DNA of 64,000 bases, taken from positions 12,209 through 76,208 of the forward strand of contig DALYJJ010000002.1 of assembly GCA_031969915.1 (NCBI GenBank), given 5' to 3'. The notes below the pieces were generated by a model that searched no databases, was not told the DNA's origin, and saw only the letters and a program-made list of their open reading frames with translations. Made by a program: the position numbers and the translations under genes. Shown here one piece after another: positions 23,544 to 33,590 of this stretch. Source of the stretch: Bryobacteraceae bacterium (lineage in GTDB: Bacteria; Acidobacteriota; Terriglobia; Bryobacterales; Bryobacteraceae). Numbering within the stretch: the first letter of the stretch is position 1; the number at the start of each line of letters is the position of its first letter.

Positions 23544-24584
23544 TTACACTTTTCGCAGTTTCGTTACCCGCCCGACTTCCACCCACTCCACCACGAAGAT
23601 GTTGCCCCTGTGATCGAACGAGGCTCCGTGCGGGCAAATGAACTTCCCGGGGATGAACTTGTCGCGAGGCTGTTTGCGAAGCTGCCCCCAGGTGTTCGAC
23701 CCATCCTCGCCAAGGTGCGCGATCAGCTTGTCTTCCCGGTCGAGCAGCGTCACCCGGGCCGCCAGGTCGGGAATCACGTAGACCCCCTTGCGCTCGGAAA
23801 AATGGCACGGCAGATTCACCACGCCTTCCGCGAAGCGTACGTGCTTTCCGTCGAGCGTGAAGTATTGCAGACGCTTGTTGGTGCGGTCCGCCACCAGTAA
23901 CAGCGGTTCCTTGCCGCGCGTGTCCACCGTCAGGCCATGCGGGCAATTCAACTGCCCCGCGTCCTTGCCCACGCCGCCGAACGTCCTCACCCACTCACCC
24001 TTCGCGTTGTACTGATTGATGTAGCTCGATCCGTATCCGTCGCCCACATAGATGTCCCCGTTCGGAGCCACGGCGAGATTGGTCGGGCTGTACTTCTTCG
24101 GCTTCCCGTCCGCGCCCGGCGCGTACTGCGGCGATTCCTTCGGATAGCCGAGCGTGAACATTTCCCTGCCGTCGAGCGTCGTCTTCACCACCAGGTTCCG
24201 CTTGGTGTCGCACAGGTAGAGGAATTCCTCGCGCCCTTCCTTGCGAATGTGCAGCCCGTGTGCACCGCCCTTGAAGTCCTTTCCCCAACTCTTGACGAAC
24301 TTGCCCTTTTCGTCGAAAACCACCATCGTGTCGTGGCTTTCGCTCACGTCGTTCACCGTGTGGTGCACGTAGATGTGGCCCTTGGAGTCTTCCACCACCC
24401 CATGCGTGTTGCCGTAGGCAATGGTTTTCGGCAACTCACCCCAATCGTGGATCACTTCATACGTGTGGTCGCCCGCGCCCACCACGGGGCGCTTCGTACC
24501 GCTCTTGTCGGTGGAGCCCAGAATGGCGGGCGCCGCCACGAACGGCATGGCCCGGAGAACATCTCGACGGCTTGCAATCCCCAT
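23544..24584 (-). CDS. NHL-repeat 6-bladed beta-propeller protein (peptidylglycine alpha-hydroxyglycine lyase-like), Tat-type leader
   Basis: The start at 24584 gives MGIASRRDVLRAMPFVAAPAILG (twin-Arg-like). NHL-type blades repeat: HGVVEDSKGHIYVHH, HGLHIRKEGREEFLYLCD, PTNLAVAPNGDIYVGDGYGS, PHGLTVDTRGKEPLLLVADR, PHGASFDHRGNIFVVEW. Confidence 0.7.
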   Translation of the reverse strand: MGIASRRDVLRAMPFVAAPAILGSTDKSGTKRPVVGAGDHTYEVIHDWGELPKTIAYGNTHGVVEDSKGHIYVHHTVNDVSESHDTMVVFDEKGKFVKSWGKDFKGGAHGLHIRKEGREEFLYLCDTKRNLVVKTTLDGREMFTLGYPKESPQYAPGADGKPKKYSPTNLAVAPNGDIYVGDGYGSSYINQYNAKGEWVRTFGGVGKDAGQLNCPHGLTVDTRGKEPLLLVADRTNKRLQYFTLDGKHVRFAEGVVNLPCHFSERKGVYVIPDLAARVTLLDREDKLIAHLGEDGSNTWGQLRKQPRDKFIPGKFICPHGASFDHRGNIFVVEWVEVGRVTKLRKV

Positions 24585-24659
24585 ATGTCTCGCCGTTATA
24601 GCACGCCGCTGCGCACTTTTCCAATTCGGCGGCGCGGCGATGATACAGTAGGCCAAGGT

Positions 24660-27236
24660 ATGCGCCGCTCCTGTTCAGCGCCGGCAGTGGTGTGCGCCTG
24701 GCTGGCGGGAGCGCTTCTCAGCCAGGGCCAAACGCTGATCCTCACCGACTTCGAGGGCCCTTGGCGGCCCGTTTCGAACAACCCTCGGGGCGCGGGCGAA
24801 CTCCCGCAGGGATGGTCGGATAACTCGAATTGGGCGAATCTGAGTGTTCGCCACGAACGGTTGCTGGACGAGGGCTCGTCCTACCTGCGCACTACCGTTT
24901 CGAGTCTTGAGACCGGGTGGGGCCAGTTGCAGCACAGCCTTCCGCGGGTGAGCGAGCAGGCCTACTACCGGCTGCGGGTTCGCGTGCGGTCGGAAGACCT
25001 GCTGGGCGCCACGTTCGGCATTCGCCGCGGTGGGGCGCCGTACAACTATCTCTGGCAGGTTCGCACCGCGCCGGGTCCGAACTGGCGCTACTTCACGTTC
25101 TACGCGCGGTTGTCGCCCGCCGACTATGACGTTGCCTTCTATGTCGCTCTGAGCGGCGCCGGCTCCTACGACCTCTCGGCGTTTCATTTGGAAAAGCTGA
25201 GCGAGCAGGAGTTGCTCGATGAGTTTTCGCGCAACGCTGCGGGTCTTCCGAAGAACCTGTTCCGCAACACACGCTTCCCGTTAGGGCTGCCGGCGGGTTG
25301 GATGCTCGACCGCGATTCGTCGGACACGGACGCCGTGACGCTCGATGTCGAAGACAAGGCGTTGCGCATTCAAGGAGCAAAGCGCTGGCAGATCACGACC
25401 GAACCCTTCGCGGTGCCCAAGCCACGGACTCCGTACACGGCCAGCTTTCGCGCCCGCGGAACGGCCTCCGGGCGGCTGCAGGTGATCAGCGACGGCGCCG
25501 TGCTGGCAACCCGGAACTATCAAGGAACTCCGGACGGTGAGAGGCTTTCCATCACGTTCAACAGCCCGGTCCTGGTGCGGGCGCAAGCGTTGCGCCTGGA
25601 GGGTACGGGCGAGCTTGTCGTCGAGGACTTTCAGCTAGAAGAAGGAACGAGCGCGACCGAGTTCTCGCCGCCCGCCTGCGAACTCCACCTTTCCACGGCG
25701 TCGCCGCTGCGCCTGGGCTTCGACGATGAACCGCTCTCGGTGACCTATTCGACGCTCGGCGGCGAGGTGTGCGCTTCCGTGCGGCTGAAGGCCGAGACGC
25801 TGGCGGGCGATTCGATCGACCTTCCTGTGGAGTCGAGCAGCGGAGAGGCGGACTTGCCGGCCGCCTATGGCGCCTATCGCGTGGAGGGCTGGGTGGAGAA
25901 CGCCTCCGGCGAGCGCGTGAGCCCGTACCAGGAGATTACCGTTTACCGCCTCCGGCGGCCTCGCTATTGGATGGAGGACGCGCCCGCCTCGCCCTTCGGC
26001 ATTCACACCAACTCCACCACGCGGCACATCCTGATGGCGAAAGCGATCGGCCTGAACTGGACGCGCCTGCACGATGCGGGCCTCCAGTACATCGGCTGGT
26101 ATCATCTCGAACGCAAGCCCGGCGAGTGGACCTTCTACGACGACGACATCCGGCGCTACCGCCAATACGGAATGAAGGTGCTGGGCCTTCTGTCCACCGC
26201 GCCCGAATGGGCGAGCCACTTCGACCGCCCGCGCAACGGCTACTTCGACCGGTTCTACCAGCCGCGTGACCTCGGCCAGTTCGCCAACTATGTGCGCACC
26301 GTCACCGAACGGTATCGCGACCTGATCGATACCTGGGATGTCTGGAACGAGCCGTGGAATGCAGGCTGGTGGGCCGTCCGCTACGACGACGACGCCAAGC
26401 GCTACGTGACCAGCGAGCAGCCGCATTCCGACTTCGCGCGGCTGCACCGCGTGGCGTGGGACACGGCGAAAAGCGTGGCCCCCTCGTTGACCATCCTGGG
26501 AATCAATTCCACCACCGGCAGCACCGGCTCCGATTGGACGCGCGGGGTGGTTGCAGCCGGGGGCCTCGACACCTCCGACGTGCTCTGCTACCACCAGTAC
26601 ACGACCGAGCCGCTCGGCTTTGCGCGCGACGCCGCCGAGCGCGGTTGGCGCGACGCCGTGGAGCCAGCCATGACCGGAGGCGGCCTCGACCGGCCCGCCT
26701 GGATGACCGAGGGCTCGCCCGTCTATGGCCTGAGCGGCCCCGGCTTCTACCGCCGGCTGCTGCCCTTCACGGACACCGAGAATTACTCCTTCACCGGCGA
26801 CCGCATCGTGCGCCACGTGGTCTCCCTTCTGGCGCAAGGCGTGGGCAAGGTCTTCCTGTACTCGATGCACTCTCACGAATCCATCGCCGGCCCGGAAAAC
26901 GTCTGGCGCGTGATCCTCGGAGAGGACGGATATCTGCACCCCAGCGCCGCCGCTCATTCGACGATGGCCTGGTTTCTCGAAGATACCCGGTTCGTTTCGC
27001 GAATCGAGCCCGCGCCGGGCCTCACCGCTTTCATCTTCGAAGGCAGCGGCCGGTCCGTGGCGGTGCTCGCCCCGAAGCAAGGCAGCGGAGCGGATTGGAC
27101 GCCGCCCGGCGACACTCCGCGTTTCGACCTGTATGGAAACTCCGTCCAGCCCGGCGCCGCCGCCGGCCGCTACGTGTCGTACCTCGAGCACCCGGGCGAT
27201 GCGCCGTCGCTCGTGGCTCTGCTCAAGCCGGAGTAA
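24660..27236 (+). CDS. secreted glycoside hydrolase, clan GH-A TIM-barrel-like catalytic domain with N-terminal beta-sandwich (CBM-like) domains
   Basis: The real start is the ATG at 24660 (MRRSCSAPAVVCAWLAGALLSQGQ); the upstream part of track ORF 23937..27236 is antisense to the NHL gene. The central region FGIHTNS...GLNWTRLHD...WYHLERKPGEWTF...GMKVLGLL...IDTWDVWNEPWN has the clan GH-A acid/base NEP motif. I cannot assign the exact GH family. Confidence 0.6.
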   Translation: MRRSCSAPAVVCAWLAGALLSQGQTLILTDFEGPWRPVSNNPRGAGELPQGWSDNSNWANLSVRHERLLDEGSSYLRTTVSSLETGWGQLQHSLPRVSEQAYYRLRVRVRSEDLLGATFGIRRGGAPYNYLWQVRTAPGPNWRYFTFYARLSPADYDVAFYVALSGAGSYDLSAFHLEKLSEQELLDEFSRNAAGLPKNLFRNTRFPLGLPAGWMLDRDSSDTDAVTLDVEDKALRIQGAKRWQITTEPFAVPKPRTPYTASFRARGTASGRLQVISDGAVLATRNYQGTPDGERLSITFNSPVLVRAQALRLEGTGELVVEDFQLEEGTSATEFSPPACELHLSTASPLRLGFDDEPLSVTYSTLGGEVCASVRLKAETLAGDSIDLPVESSSGEADLPAAYGAYRVEGWVENASGERVSPYQEITVYRLRRPRYWMEDAPASPFGIHTNSTTRHILMAKAIGLNWTRLHDAGLQYIGWYHLERKPGEWTFYDDDIRRYRQYGMKVLGLLSTAPEWASHFDRPRNGYFDRFYQPRDLGQFANYVRTVTERYRDLIDTWDVWNEPWNAGWWAVRYDDDAKRYVTSEQPHSDFARLHRVAWDTAKSVAPSLTILGINSTTGSTGSDWTRGVVAAGGLDTSDVLCYHQYTTEPLGFARDAAERGWRDAVEPAMTGGGLDRPAWMTEGSPVYGLSGPGFYRRLLPFTDTENYSFTGDRIVRHVVSLLAQGVGKVFLYSMHSHESIAGPENVWRVILGEDGYLHPSAAAHSTMAWFLEDTRFVSRIEPAPGLTAFIFEGSGRSVAVLAPKQGSGADWTPPGDTPRFDLYGNSVQPGAAAGRYVSYLEHPGDAPSLVALLKPE

Positions 27237-27245
27237 CGCCGCTGG

Positions 27246-29363
27246 CTACAGCGGCCAGCCGCCTGCCTCGCTGGTGGAGATCTCGATCCAACCCTGGGGC
27301 GGAAGGGCGTCCATCGGCAGACCGTTCTGCCAAAGGGACAACTGAAACCGGACCGGCTCGCCCGCGCCGATCCCGAGGGGGGCGAGCGAAAGCTTGCCTT
27401 CCAGCACGCGGCGGTAAGCGAACTGATTGCCGTGACGGTTTGCCGCGGTGACGCCTTCCGCGACCGCGACGCACTCCTGGTACTCCCGGGCGCCGGCCAG
27501 CGACAGCCGCGCCTCCAGACCCGCGTGGCCGCTCACCGCACCCGCTTCGAAATCAAGGCGCACAAACAGGTGCTTGCCATCGCAGCCGTAGTGCAGTTCC
27601 CGGATCAGGAACCGTTGCCCGTGCATGGCGCCGGTGCGGCCGTCCACACGGTAGACTCCGGCCCCCATCCACTCGAAGTACGACGTGATGTCTCCGTCGA
27701 TGGTGGGCAGGATCGGGCCCGAGGGCGGCTCATGGTGCGCGCTCACGGCGACGCGCAGAATGGGGCGCGACAGTTCGTCCGGCGGAGCCTGGTCCAAAGA
27801 CCGGTAGACGTTCGCGAGATGGGCGCGATAGAGCTGATCGAACTCCGGCCGGTTGGCGGAATCGTGCTCCGGACCGTACCACCAGTTCCAGTCGCTTCCT
27901 TCGGCGATGAGAAGCTCCTCAAACGCCAACTGCTTCTGCGGCTCCGACAGGTGCGCACCTTCGGGGCCGCTCACCACGCGATCGTACGTTTGCCTTGCGC
28001 GCAGCAGGTGTTCCCACGCCTTGTTGTCTTCCTCGGCGCCGATCCACACGTCGAAATTGGCGTTGATCCAGGAGCCCGGGACCACGTGGTCGAGCGGCCG
28101 GGGCTCGATCTTGCGTAGCGCCTCGGTGACGGTGAGCGCTTCAATGCGCGGATCGGCCGTGATCTGGCGGTAGAGCTCGCGCAGGAAGGGACGGCCGTTC
28201 TGCTCGTAGTACTCCCAGGCGTTCTCGCCGTCGAGCACGATGGGCACCAGCGCGTCCTCGCCGCGGCGCAGGAAGCCGTCGCAGTTCTCGCGAATGCGGT
28301 CGAGGAAATGCGTCGCCGCCTGCGAGGAATCCATCCGCGAGTACACGAAGCCGATCAGGTCGCTCAGCAGGTGGTCGCGGAAGATGCAGTTGAGCGAACG
28401 GCCGTTCTGCTTCCACACGTAGGGTCGATACGTCTGGTCGACTCCCGCGGCGTGGCCGAGGGTTCGCGCCAGCACGCCGTTGTCGGTTGCGAACCACTTG
28501 AAACCCATCTCCGCGGCCAACCCCAGCGCCTCGTCCGACACCGAGCCTTCCGAGGGCCAGATGCCCGCGGGCGCCGCGCCGAACTGCGACTTCATGTAAA
28601 CGCGCGCTCGTTCGATCTGGATGCGCGCGTCTTCGGGGTACTGGAAGCGCGGAGGCAGGGGAACGTAGGGATGTGAGACTTCGGCGATCTGTGTGTCGCA
28701 CAGCAGCGGCAGGATGGGGTGGTAGAACGGGGTCATCGAGACCTCGATCTGGCGCCTGGCGGCGGATTCCCTGTACACCGGGAGCACGCGGCCCAGGATC
28801 TCGAGTTGCTTGGCTCCCATCAGCGCCTGGTGTTCCAGCGTGTAGCGGCTACCCTGCTCGAGGAGTTCGCGTACCTCGGCGTCGCCGGCCTGGAACTCCT
28901 CGTCGAACCACGCGAGTTGGGACAGTACCTGCAGGTCGCGAAGTTCCTGAGCGCCGAAGAAGCGCTTGGCCCGGCGCACATTGCGGTCGGCCGCGATCCA
29001 GGCGTCGAAGAGTTCGCCGTAGCGCGGATAGCGGTAGATCAGCCGCGAGGGGTTGGCCTGGAAGGAATACTGCAGGATGAAGCCCTGGTCTTCGTCACTC
29101 AGCGATTCGGCGGGCTGTAGCGCGCGCCGCAGGAACGGGTCGGACGCCTTGCCCGCCGCGTACTCCTCCACCTGCACCATCATGGAGGGCACAAGGTTGA
29201 AGGTCTGGCGAACCTCCGGGAACTCCTCGAGCAGCTTCACCATCCCGTAGTAGTCCTTGAGCGCATGCATGCGCGTCCAGGGGAGTTTGTACTCCTGCGA
29301 CACCAGGTCCTTGTAGAAGGGCTGGTGCATGTGCCACACGAAGCACAAGTAGATGCGTGACAT
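27246..29363 (-). CDS. glycoside hydrolase family 57 (alpha-glucan-active enzyme)
   Basis: The N-terminus MSRIYLCFVWHMHQPFYKD...WTRMHALKDYYGMV, followed by ...GIWPSEGSVSDE... and ...VLDGENAWEYY..., matches the conserved GH57 regions. Confidence 0.88.
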   Translation of the reverse strand: MSRIYLCFVWHMHQPFYKDLVSQEYKLPWTRMHALKDYYGMVKLLEEFPEVRQTFNLVPSMMVQVEEYAAGKASDPFLRRALQPAESLSDEDQGFILQYSFQANPSRLIYRYPRYGELFDAWIAADRNVRRAKRFFGAQELRDLQVLSQLAWFDEEFQAGDAEVRELLEQGSRYTLEHQALMGAKQLEILGRVLPVYRESAARRQIEVSMTPFYHPILPLLCDTQIAEVSHPYVPLPPRFQYPEDARIQIERARVYMKSQFGAAPAGIWPSEGSVSDEALGLAAEMGFKWFATDNGVLARTLGHAAGVDQTYRPYVWKQNGRSLNCIFRDHLLSDLIGFVYSRMDSSQAATHFLDRIRENCDGFLRRGEDALVPIVLDGENAWEYYEQNGRPFLRELYRQITADPRIEALTVTEALRKIEPRPLDHVVPGSWINANFDVWIGAEEDNKAWEHLLRARQTYDRVVSGPEGAHLSEPQKQLAFEELLIAEGSDWNWWYGPEHDSANRPEFDQLYRAHLANVYRSLDQAPPDELSRPILRVAVSAHHEPPSGPILPTIDGDITSYFEWMGAGVYRVDGRTGAMHGQRFLIRELHYGCDGKHLFVRLDFEAGAVSGHAGLEARLSLAGAREYQECVAVAEGVTAANRHGNQFAYRRVLEGKLSLAPLGIGAGEPVRFQLSLWQNGLPMDALPPQGWIEISTSEAGGWPL

Positions 29364-29366
29364 GGG

Positions 29367-31877
29367 CTACCTGGAGAAGAAACTGCGCACCGGGCGCGGA
29401 GGCTCGGTGCCCTTCACCGCGCGCCACAGAATGTCATTGAGTTCGTCGTCGTCGATGCGGTCCGCTTCCGAAAAGTCCATCGCGGCGGAGCGGGCCGCGG
29501 TGGGCGAGGAGTCCGGGTTGCGCTCGGTCAGCGACACCCGCGGGCGCTCCGCGGCATACGCGTCGAGGTTCGGCTTCGACGAGAAGGCTTGCCACATGGG
29601 ACGGGCGGCGGCGTCGAAATGCGTCATCGGGCGGAGGCCCAGAATCAACTCAATCGTCCGGAGCATGGACGTGGTGTTGTAGAGCGTGCTGTCGATGATG
29701 CCGCGGCGCGTGTACGGGGAGAGAACGTACGCCGGCGAGCGGTGCGAATCGACGTGGTCGGGGCCGTTCTGCGCATCGTCCTCCAGGACGAAGATCGCGG
29801 CCTTCGGCCAGAACTTGCTCTTCGATACGCCTTCGACGATCAGGCCGAGCGCGTAGTCGTTGTCGGCGACCTGAGCGGTGGGCGTGAGCTTTCCCGCCGC
29901 AGTGCCCGATGTGTGATCGTTGCCAAGCCGCAAGAAGATGAGTTGCGGCAGCCGCCCTTCGCTCTCGAACTTTTGCAGCTCCGTGAGGAAGGTCCTGGCG
30001 CGGTCGATGTCCAGGTAGTCGAGGTCGTAGGCGCGATAGTCGAGGTTCGTCACGGGGCGCAGGACCGGGTCGCGGACCTCCCGCACATGCGGTTGGCCGG
30101 CCGCGGGCTTCGGATCGTTCGTGCACCACCAGCCATAGTTGCGCATGGTCACGCCGGCGGCGGCCGCATTCGTCCACAAATAGCCGGCCGGTGGAAGCGC
30201 GGCAATCTCGCCCCCTTCGTAGTCGTAGTGACGGCGCCGGCCGCCGTAGCTATTGGGCCACATCTTCTGGACGTAATCGTTGGCGATGGCCGACGTTGAC
30301 CAGTTGTGCCCGTCGGCGCTCACGTCGGCGTTCACGTAGAAGTTGTCGAAGAGCACGAATTCGCGCGCCAGCTTGTGATGGTTGGGCGTGATCTGTTCGC
30401 CAAAGAGCGTGAGCGACGCGTCGCCGTTGCCTTTGCCGAGATCGCCCAGCACCTGGTCGTACGTGCGGTTCTCCTTGACGATGTAGATCACGTGCTCAAT
30501 GGGAGACTTCAGCGCGGGGTTCGCTGGGATCGGATTTCCCGCCGGGATCTTCGCGTCGTCGAGGAGTTCGTCCCGGTAGGGAGAGTTCGCCAGCACGGTC
30601 CTCGTGTACCCGGCCAGCGTTTCGTCGTCGAACGGATCGATCACCGACGCTGTGCCCTGCTGCAGGCGTCCGACATATTGCACAACCGGTGTGCCCTGGT
30701 GCGTGATGGCCGGCCGGCGCACCGGGTTGGGGCCCTGCGGATTCGCATAGGAGCGGCCGCCGCGGCCGTTGAAGACAATCAGACGCTTGTCCGCCAGCGA
30801 TCGCGCGGCGACTGGGTACCACCCCGTGGGAACGAAGCCGAGCAGGCGCGAGCGCCGGCTTCGCACGTCGGCCACAGCCACGGCGTTGGCGTCCGAGCAG
30901 ACGATGTAGAGCCGGTCCTGATCGGGACTCAACGCCAGCGCGCTCGGCGTCATGCCCACCGGCTGGCGCGGCGTCATCGCGACGTTGATCCTCTCGATCA
31001 CGTTCAGTTCGCGGGTCTCCGTCAGGCCCACAACAAACACGTTGTTGGTGTTCGCGGCGCTGACGAAGAGGCGCGCTTTGAATGGCGCCTGCTCCTTGCG
31101 CTCTTCCGCTTCCTCCTCCTCCTCGCCGGACACCAGAGGTTTGTCGCGCCAGACGATGTCGGTGGGATGCGCCCCCAGGCGAACCGCGCCCAGCGAGGAA
31201 CCGTTCATCGCGTCGTGATGGTGCAGCGTGCCGTCGGCCCAGCTGGTCACGAAGAACGATTTCCCGTCCGGATGAAACAGGACGCGGTAAGGGCGGCGCC
31301 CCGTCTTCCAGCGCTCAATGATCATCCCCGACTGGGGGTTGATCACCACGATTTCGTTGCGGTAGAGCGCGGCTGCGTAGATCAACCGGCCGTCCGGCGA
31401 CAGGGTCACGTCGCCGATGAAGTCCTGGTGTACCCGATCCTCCGGCCTGACCACTTCAAACGTGCGCGCGGCCTGGATCGCGCCGTCCGAAGGCGAGAAC
31501 GCGAACTCGAAGACGCTCGCGCGCGAGCCGCCGCCCACGTAGAGCAACGTACCGTTCGGTGCAAGCGTGAGCCCCAGCCAGCCGTCGGCCACCGGCACGC
31601 GGCTGACTTCGCGCATGGTTGCCGCTTCCAATACGACGACGCTGGGCGGCAGATAACCGCCGTGCAGAACGATGAGAAAACGGCCGTCTCTGGATAGCAC
31701 CGACGACATGGGCATGGTGCTCATCGGGACCTGCCGTCCGGCGGGGCGGAGCAGCCAGCCGCTATTCAGCAGGACGCTGCCGTCGGGGCGCGGGCCAACC
31801 ACCTCAGTGGGCGCCGTCTGCGAAACCAGCACGGCTGCGAGGACAACGAGAACCACTGCCGGCAAGGCAAGTTTCAT
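29367..31877 (-). CDS. beta-propeller (YncE/YVTN-like) domain fused to a phosphoesterase-family (PlcN/AcpA-type) domain, secreted
   Basis: The real start is the ATG at 31877 (MKLALPAVVLVVLAAVLVSQ); track ORF 29367..32351 is over-extended. The N-terminal half has propeller repeats (SPDGRLIYAAALYRNEIVVI, HPDGKSFFVTSWADGTLHHHD, SPDQDRLYIVCSDANAVAVAD). The C-terminal half has phosphoesterase motifs: IEHVIYIVKENRTYDQVLGDL, TPNHHKLAREFVLFDNFY...ADGHNWS, LEDDAQNGPDHVDSHRS. Confidence 0.78.
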   Translation of the reverse strand: MKLALPAVVLVVLAAVLVSQTAPTEVVGPRPDGSVLLNSGWLLRPAGRQVPMSTMPMSSVLSRDGRFLIVLHGGYLPPSVVVLEAATMREVSRVPVADGWLGLTLAPNGTLLYVGGGSRASVFEFAFSPSDGAIQAARTFEVVRPEDRVHQDFIGDVTLSPDGRLIYAAALYRNEIVVINPQSGMIIERWKTGRRPYRVLFHPDGKSFFVTSWADGTLHHHDAMNGSSLGAVRLGAHPTDIVWRDKPLVSGEEEEEAEERKEQAPFKARLFVSAANTNNVFVVGLTETRELNVIERINVAMTPRQPVGMTPSALALSPDQDRLYIVCSDANAVAVADVRSRRSRLLGFVPTGWYPVAARSLADKRLIVFNGRGGRSYANPQGPNPVRRPAITHQGTPVVQYVGRLQQGTASVIDPFDDETLAGYTRTVLANSPYRDELLDDAKIPAGNPIPANPALKSPIEHVIYIVKENRTYDQVLGDLGKGNGDASLTLFGEQITPNHHKLAREFVLFDNFYVNADVSADGHNWSTSAIANDYVQKMWPNSYGGRRRHYDYEGGEIAALPPAGYLWTNAAAAGVTMRNYGWWCTNDPKPAAGQPHVREVRDPVLRPVTNLDYRAYDLDYLDIDRARTFLTELQKFESEGRLPQLIFLRLGNDHTSGTAAGKLTPTAQVADNDYALGLIVEGVSKSKFWPKAAIFVLEDDAQNGPDHVDSHRSPAYVLSPYTRRGIIDSTLYNTTSMLRTIELILGLRPMTHFDAAARPMWQAFSSKPNLDAYAAERPRVSLTERNPDSSPTAARSAAMDFSEADRIDDDELNDILWRAVKGTEPPRPVRSFFSR

Positions 31878-31885
31878 TGGGGATT

Positions 31886-33523
31886 TCACTCCGAAAACCG
31901 TTGTGCGATCGGGAAGCGGCGTCCGATGCCGAACGCCTTGGTGGTCACCTTCAAGCCAGGGGCGGCCTGCTGGCGCTTGTATTCGTTGCGGTCCACTTTG
32001 TTGACGATTTCGCGAACCAGGTCGAGCGGCAGGTCTTCCCTCGCCGCGATCGCCGCCGGAGACAGGCACTCCTCGACGTAACGCCGGAGGATCCGGTCCA
32101 ATACGTCGTATGCGGGCAGCGAATCCTGATCGGTCTGATTGGGGCGGAGTTCGGCCGATGGCGGCTTCTCGAACACCCGCTCCGGAATGACGTTGCCGTG
32201 CCGCCGGTTCGCCACTCTGGAAATCTCGTAGACCAGGGTCTTCGGAACGTCGCTGATCACGGCCAGGCCGCCGCACATGTCGCCGTACAGCGTGCAGTAG
32301 CCCACCGCGAGCTCGCTCTTGTTGCCCGTGGTCAGCACCAGCGCCCCCCACTTGTTCGAAAGCGCCATCAGCGTCACGCCGCGAAGCCGGGCCTGCAGGT
32401 TCTCTTCGGTGACGTCGCGCGCCGCCCCCGCGAAGATCGGGTCCAGCGAAGCCAGCATCTGATCGTAGGCCGCTCCGATGGGAGCAACTTCGAACCGGAT
32501 GCCGAGATTCATCGCCAGCGCGCGGGCATCCTCGACGCTATGCGACGAAGAGTACGGGCCGGGCATCGCCACCCCGGTCACGTTGTCGCGGCCGACAGCG
32601 TCCACCGCGATCACGGCGGTGATGGAAGAATCGATGCCGCCGCTCAAGCCCAGCAACACCCGCTTGAATCCGCACTTGGCCAGGTAGTCGCGCGTGCCCA
32701 GCACCAATGCCTCATACACAGCTTCGCTTTCGTCGCTCAGGGCGGGACGCCGGTCGCCTTCGCGCGTCCCCAGATCCGCCACGATCAGCGCCTCCTCGAA
32801 CGAGGGCGCTTCGGCCAGTACCCGGCCTTCGGCGTCCAGGACGAAGCTCGATCCATCGAACACCAACTGGTCATTGCCGCCCACCTGGTTCACATAGACC
32901 ACCGGGAAGCCGTACTTGCGCGCGGTGGCGGCAAAAATCTCCCGCCGCAGCGCCCGCTTGTGCATGTGGTACGGCGAAGCGTTGATGCTTATCAGGACCC
33001 TGGCGCCCGCCCGCGCCAGTTCCTCCACCGGATCGTGGCGATACAGTTGCCGCTCCCAAAATTGCTTGTCGTTCCAGGCGTCTTCACAGATTGTCAGAGC
33101 GACGTCGCTCCACGGTTCCTGCGCCTTCGCCGGCTCAAAGTAGCGGGCCTCATCGAAGACGTCGTAGGTGGGCAGCAGCATCTTCGTCTGGCGGAACACT
33201 GTCCGGCCGCCCCTCAGAACCGCGGCGCTGTTGGTGGCGCGCTTGCCGGAGCCGTCCGAAGAACGCCCGACGTAGCCGGTGACGATCGCGATCGGGAGGC
33301 TCGCCGTTTCGCTCGCCAGCCGCGCCAGTTCGCTCTCCGTGCGGTCCAGGAACGCGGGCTTCTCCACCAGGTCGCGCGGCGGATAGCCGGTCAGCGACAA
33401 CTCCGGGAAGGCGACCAACTCCGCCCCGCGCGCGGCCGCCTCGCGGGCATAGCGCAGCATCAGATCGACGTTGCCCGCCAGATCGCCGACCGTGGTGTTG
33501 ATCTGTCCCAGGGCAATCTTCAT
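31886..33523 (-). CDS. nadE: glutamine-dependent NAD+ synthetase
   Basis: N-terminal CN-hydrolase domain (MKIALGQINTTVGDLAGN, VAFPELSLTGYPPRDL, LTICEDAW) and C-terminal NAD synthetase domain with the PP-loop VLLGLSGGIDSSITAV. 545 aa. Confidence 0.92.
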   Translation of the reverse strand: MKIALGQINTTVGDLAGNVDLMLRYAREAAARGAELVAFPELSLTGYPPRDLVEKPAFLDRTESELARLASETASLPIAIVTGYVGRSSDGSGKRATNSAAVLRGGRTVFRQTKMLLPTYDVFDEARYFEPAKAQEPWSDVALTICEDAWNDKQFWERQLYRHDPVEELARAGARVLISINASPYHMHKRALRREIFAATARKYGFPVVYVNQVGGNDQLVFDGSSFVLDAEGRVLAEAPSFEEALIVADLGTREGDRRPALSDESEAVYEALVLGTRDYLAKCGFKRVLLGLSGGIDSSITAVIAVDAVGRDNVTGVAMPGPYSSSHSVEDARALAMNLGIRFEVAPIGAAYDQMLASLDPIFAGAARDVTEENLQARLRGVTLMALSNKWGALVLTTGNKSELAVGYCTLYGDMCGGLAVISDVPKTLVYEISRVANRRHGNVIPERVFEKPPSAELRPNQTDQDSLPAYDVLDRILRRYVEECLSPAAIAAREDLPLDLVREIVNKVDRNEYKRQQAAPGLKVTTKAFGIGRRFPIAQRFSE

Positions 33524-33590
33524 CGCGAATCCCTCATTGTACAGGCGGCAGGTGAACGTCCGGTGAAGGCGCTGCTATACTCGCCGGAGC

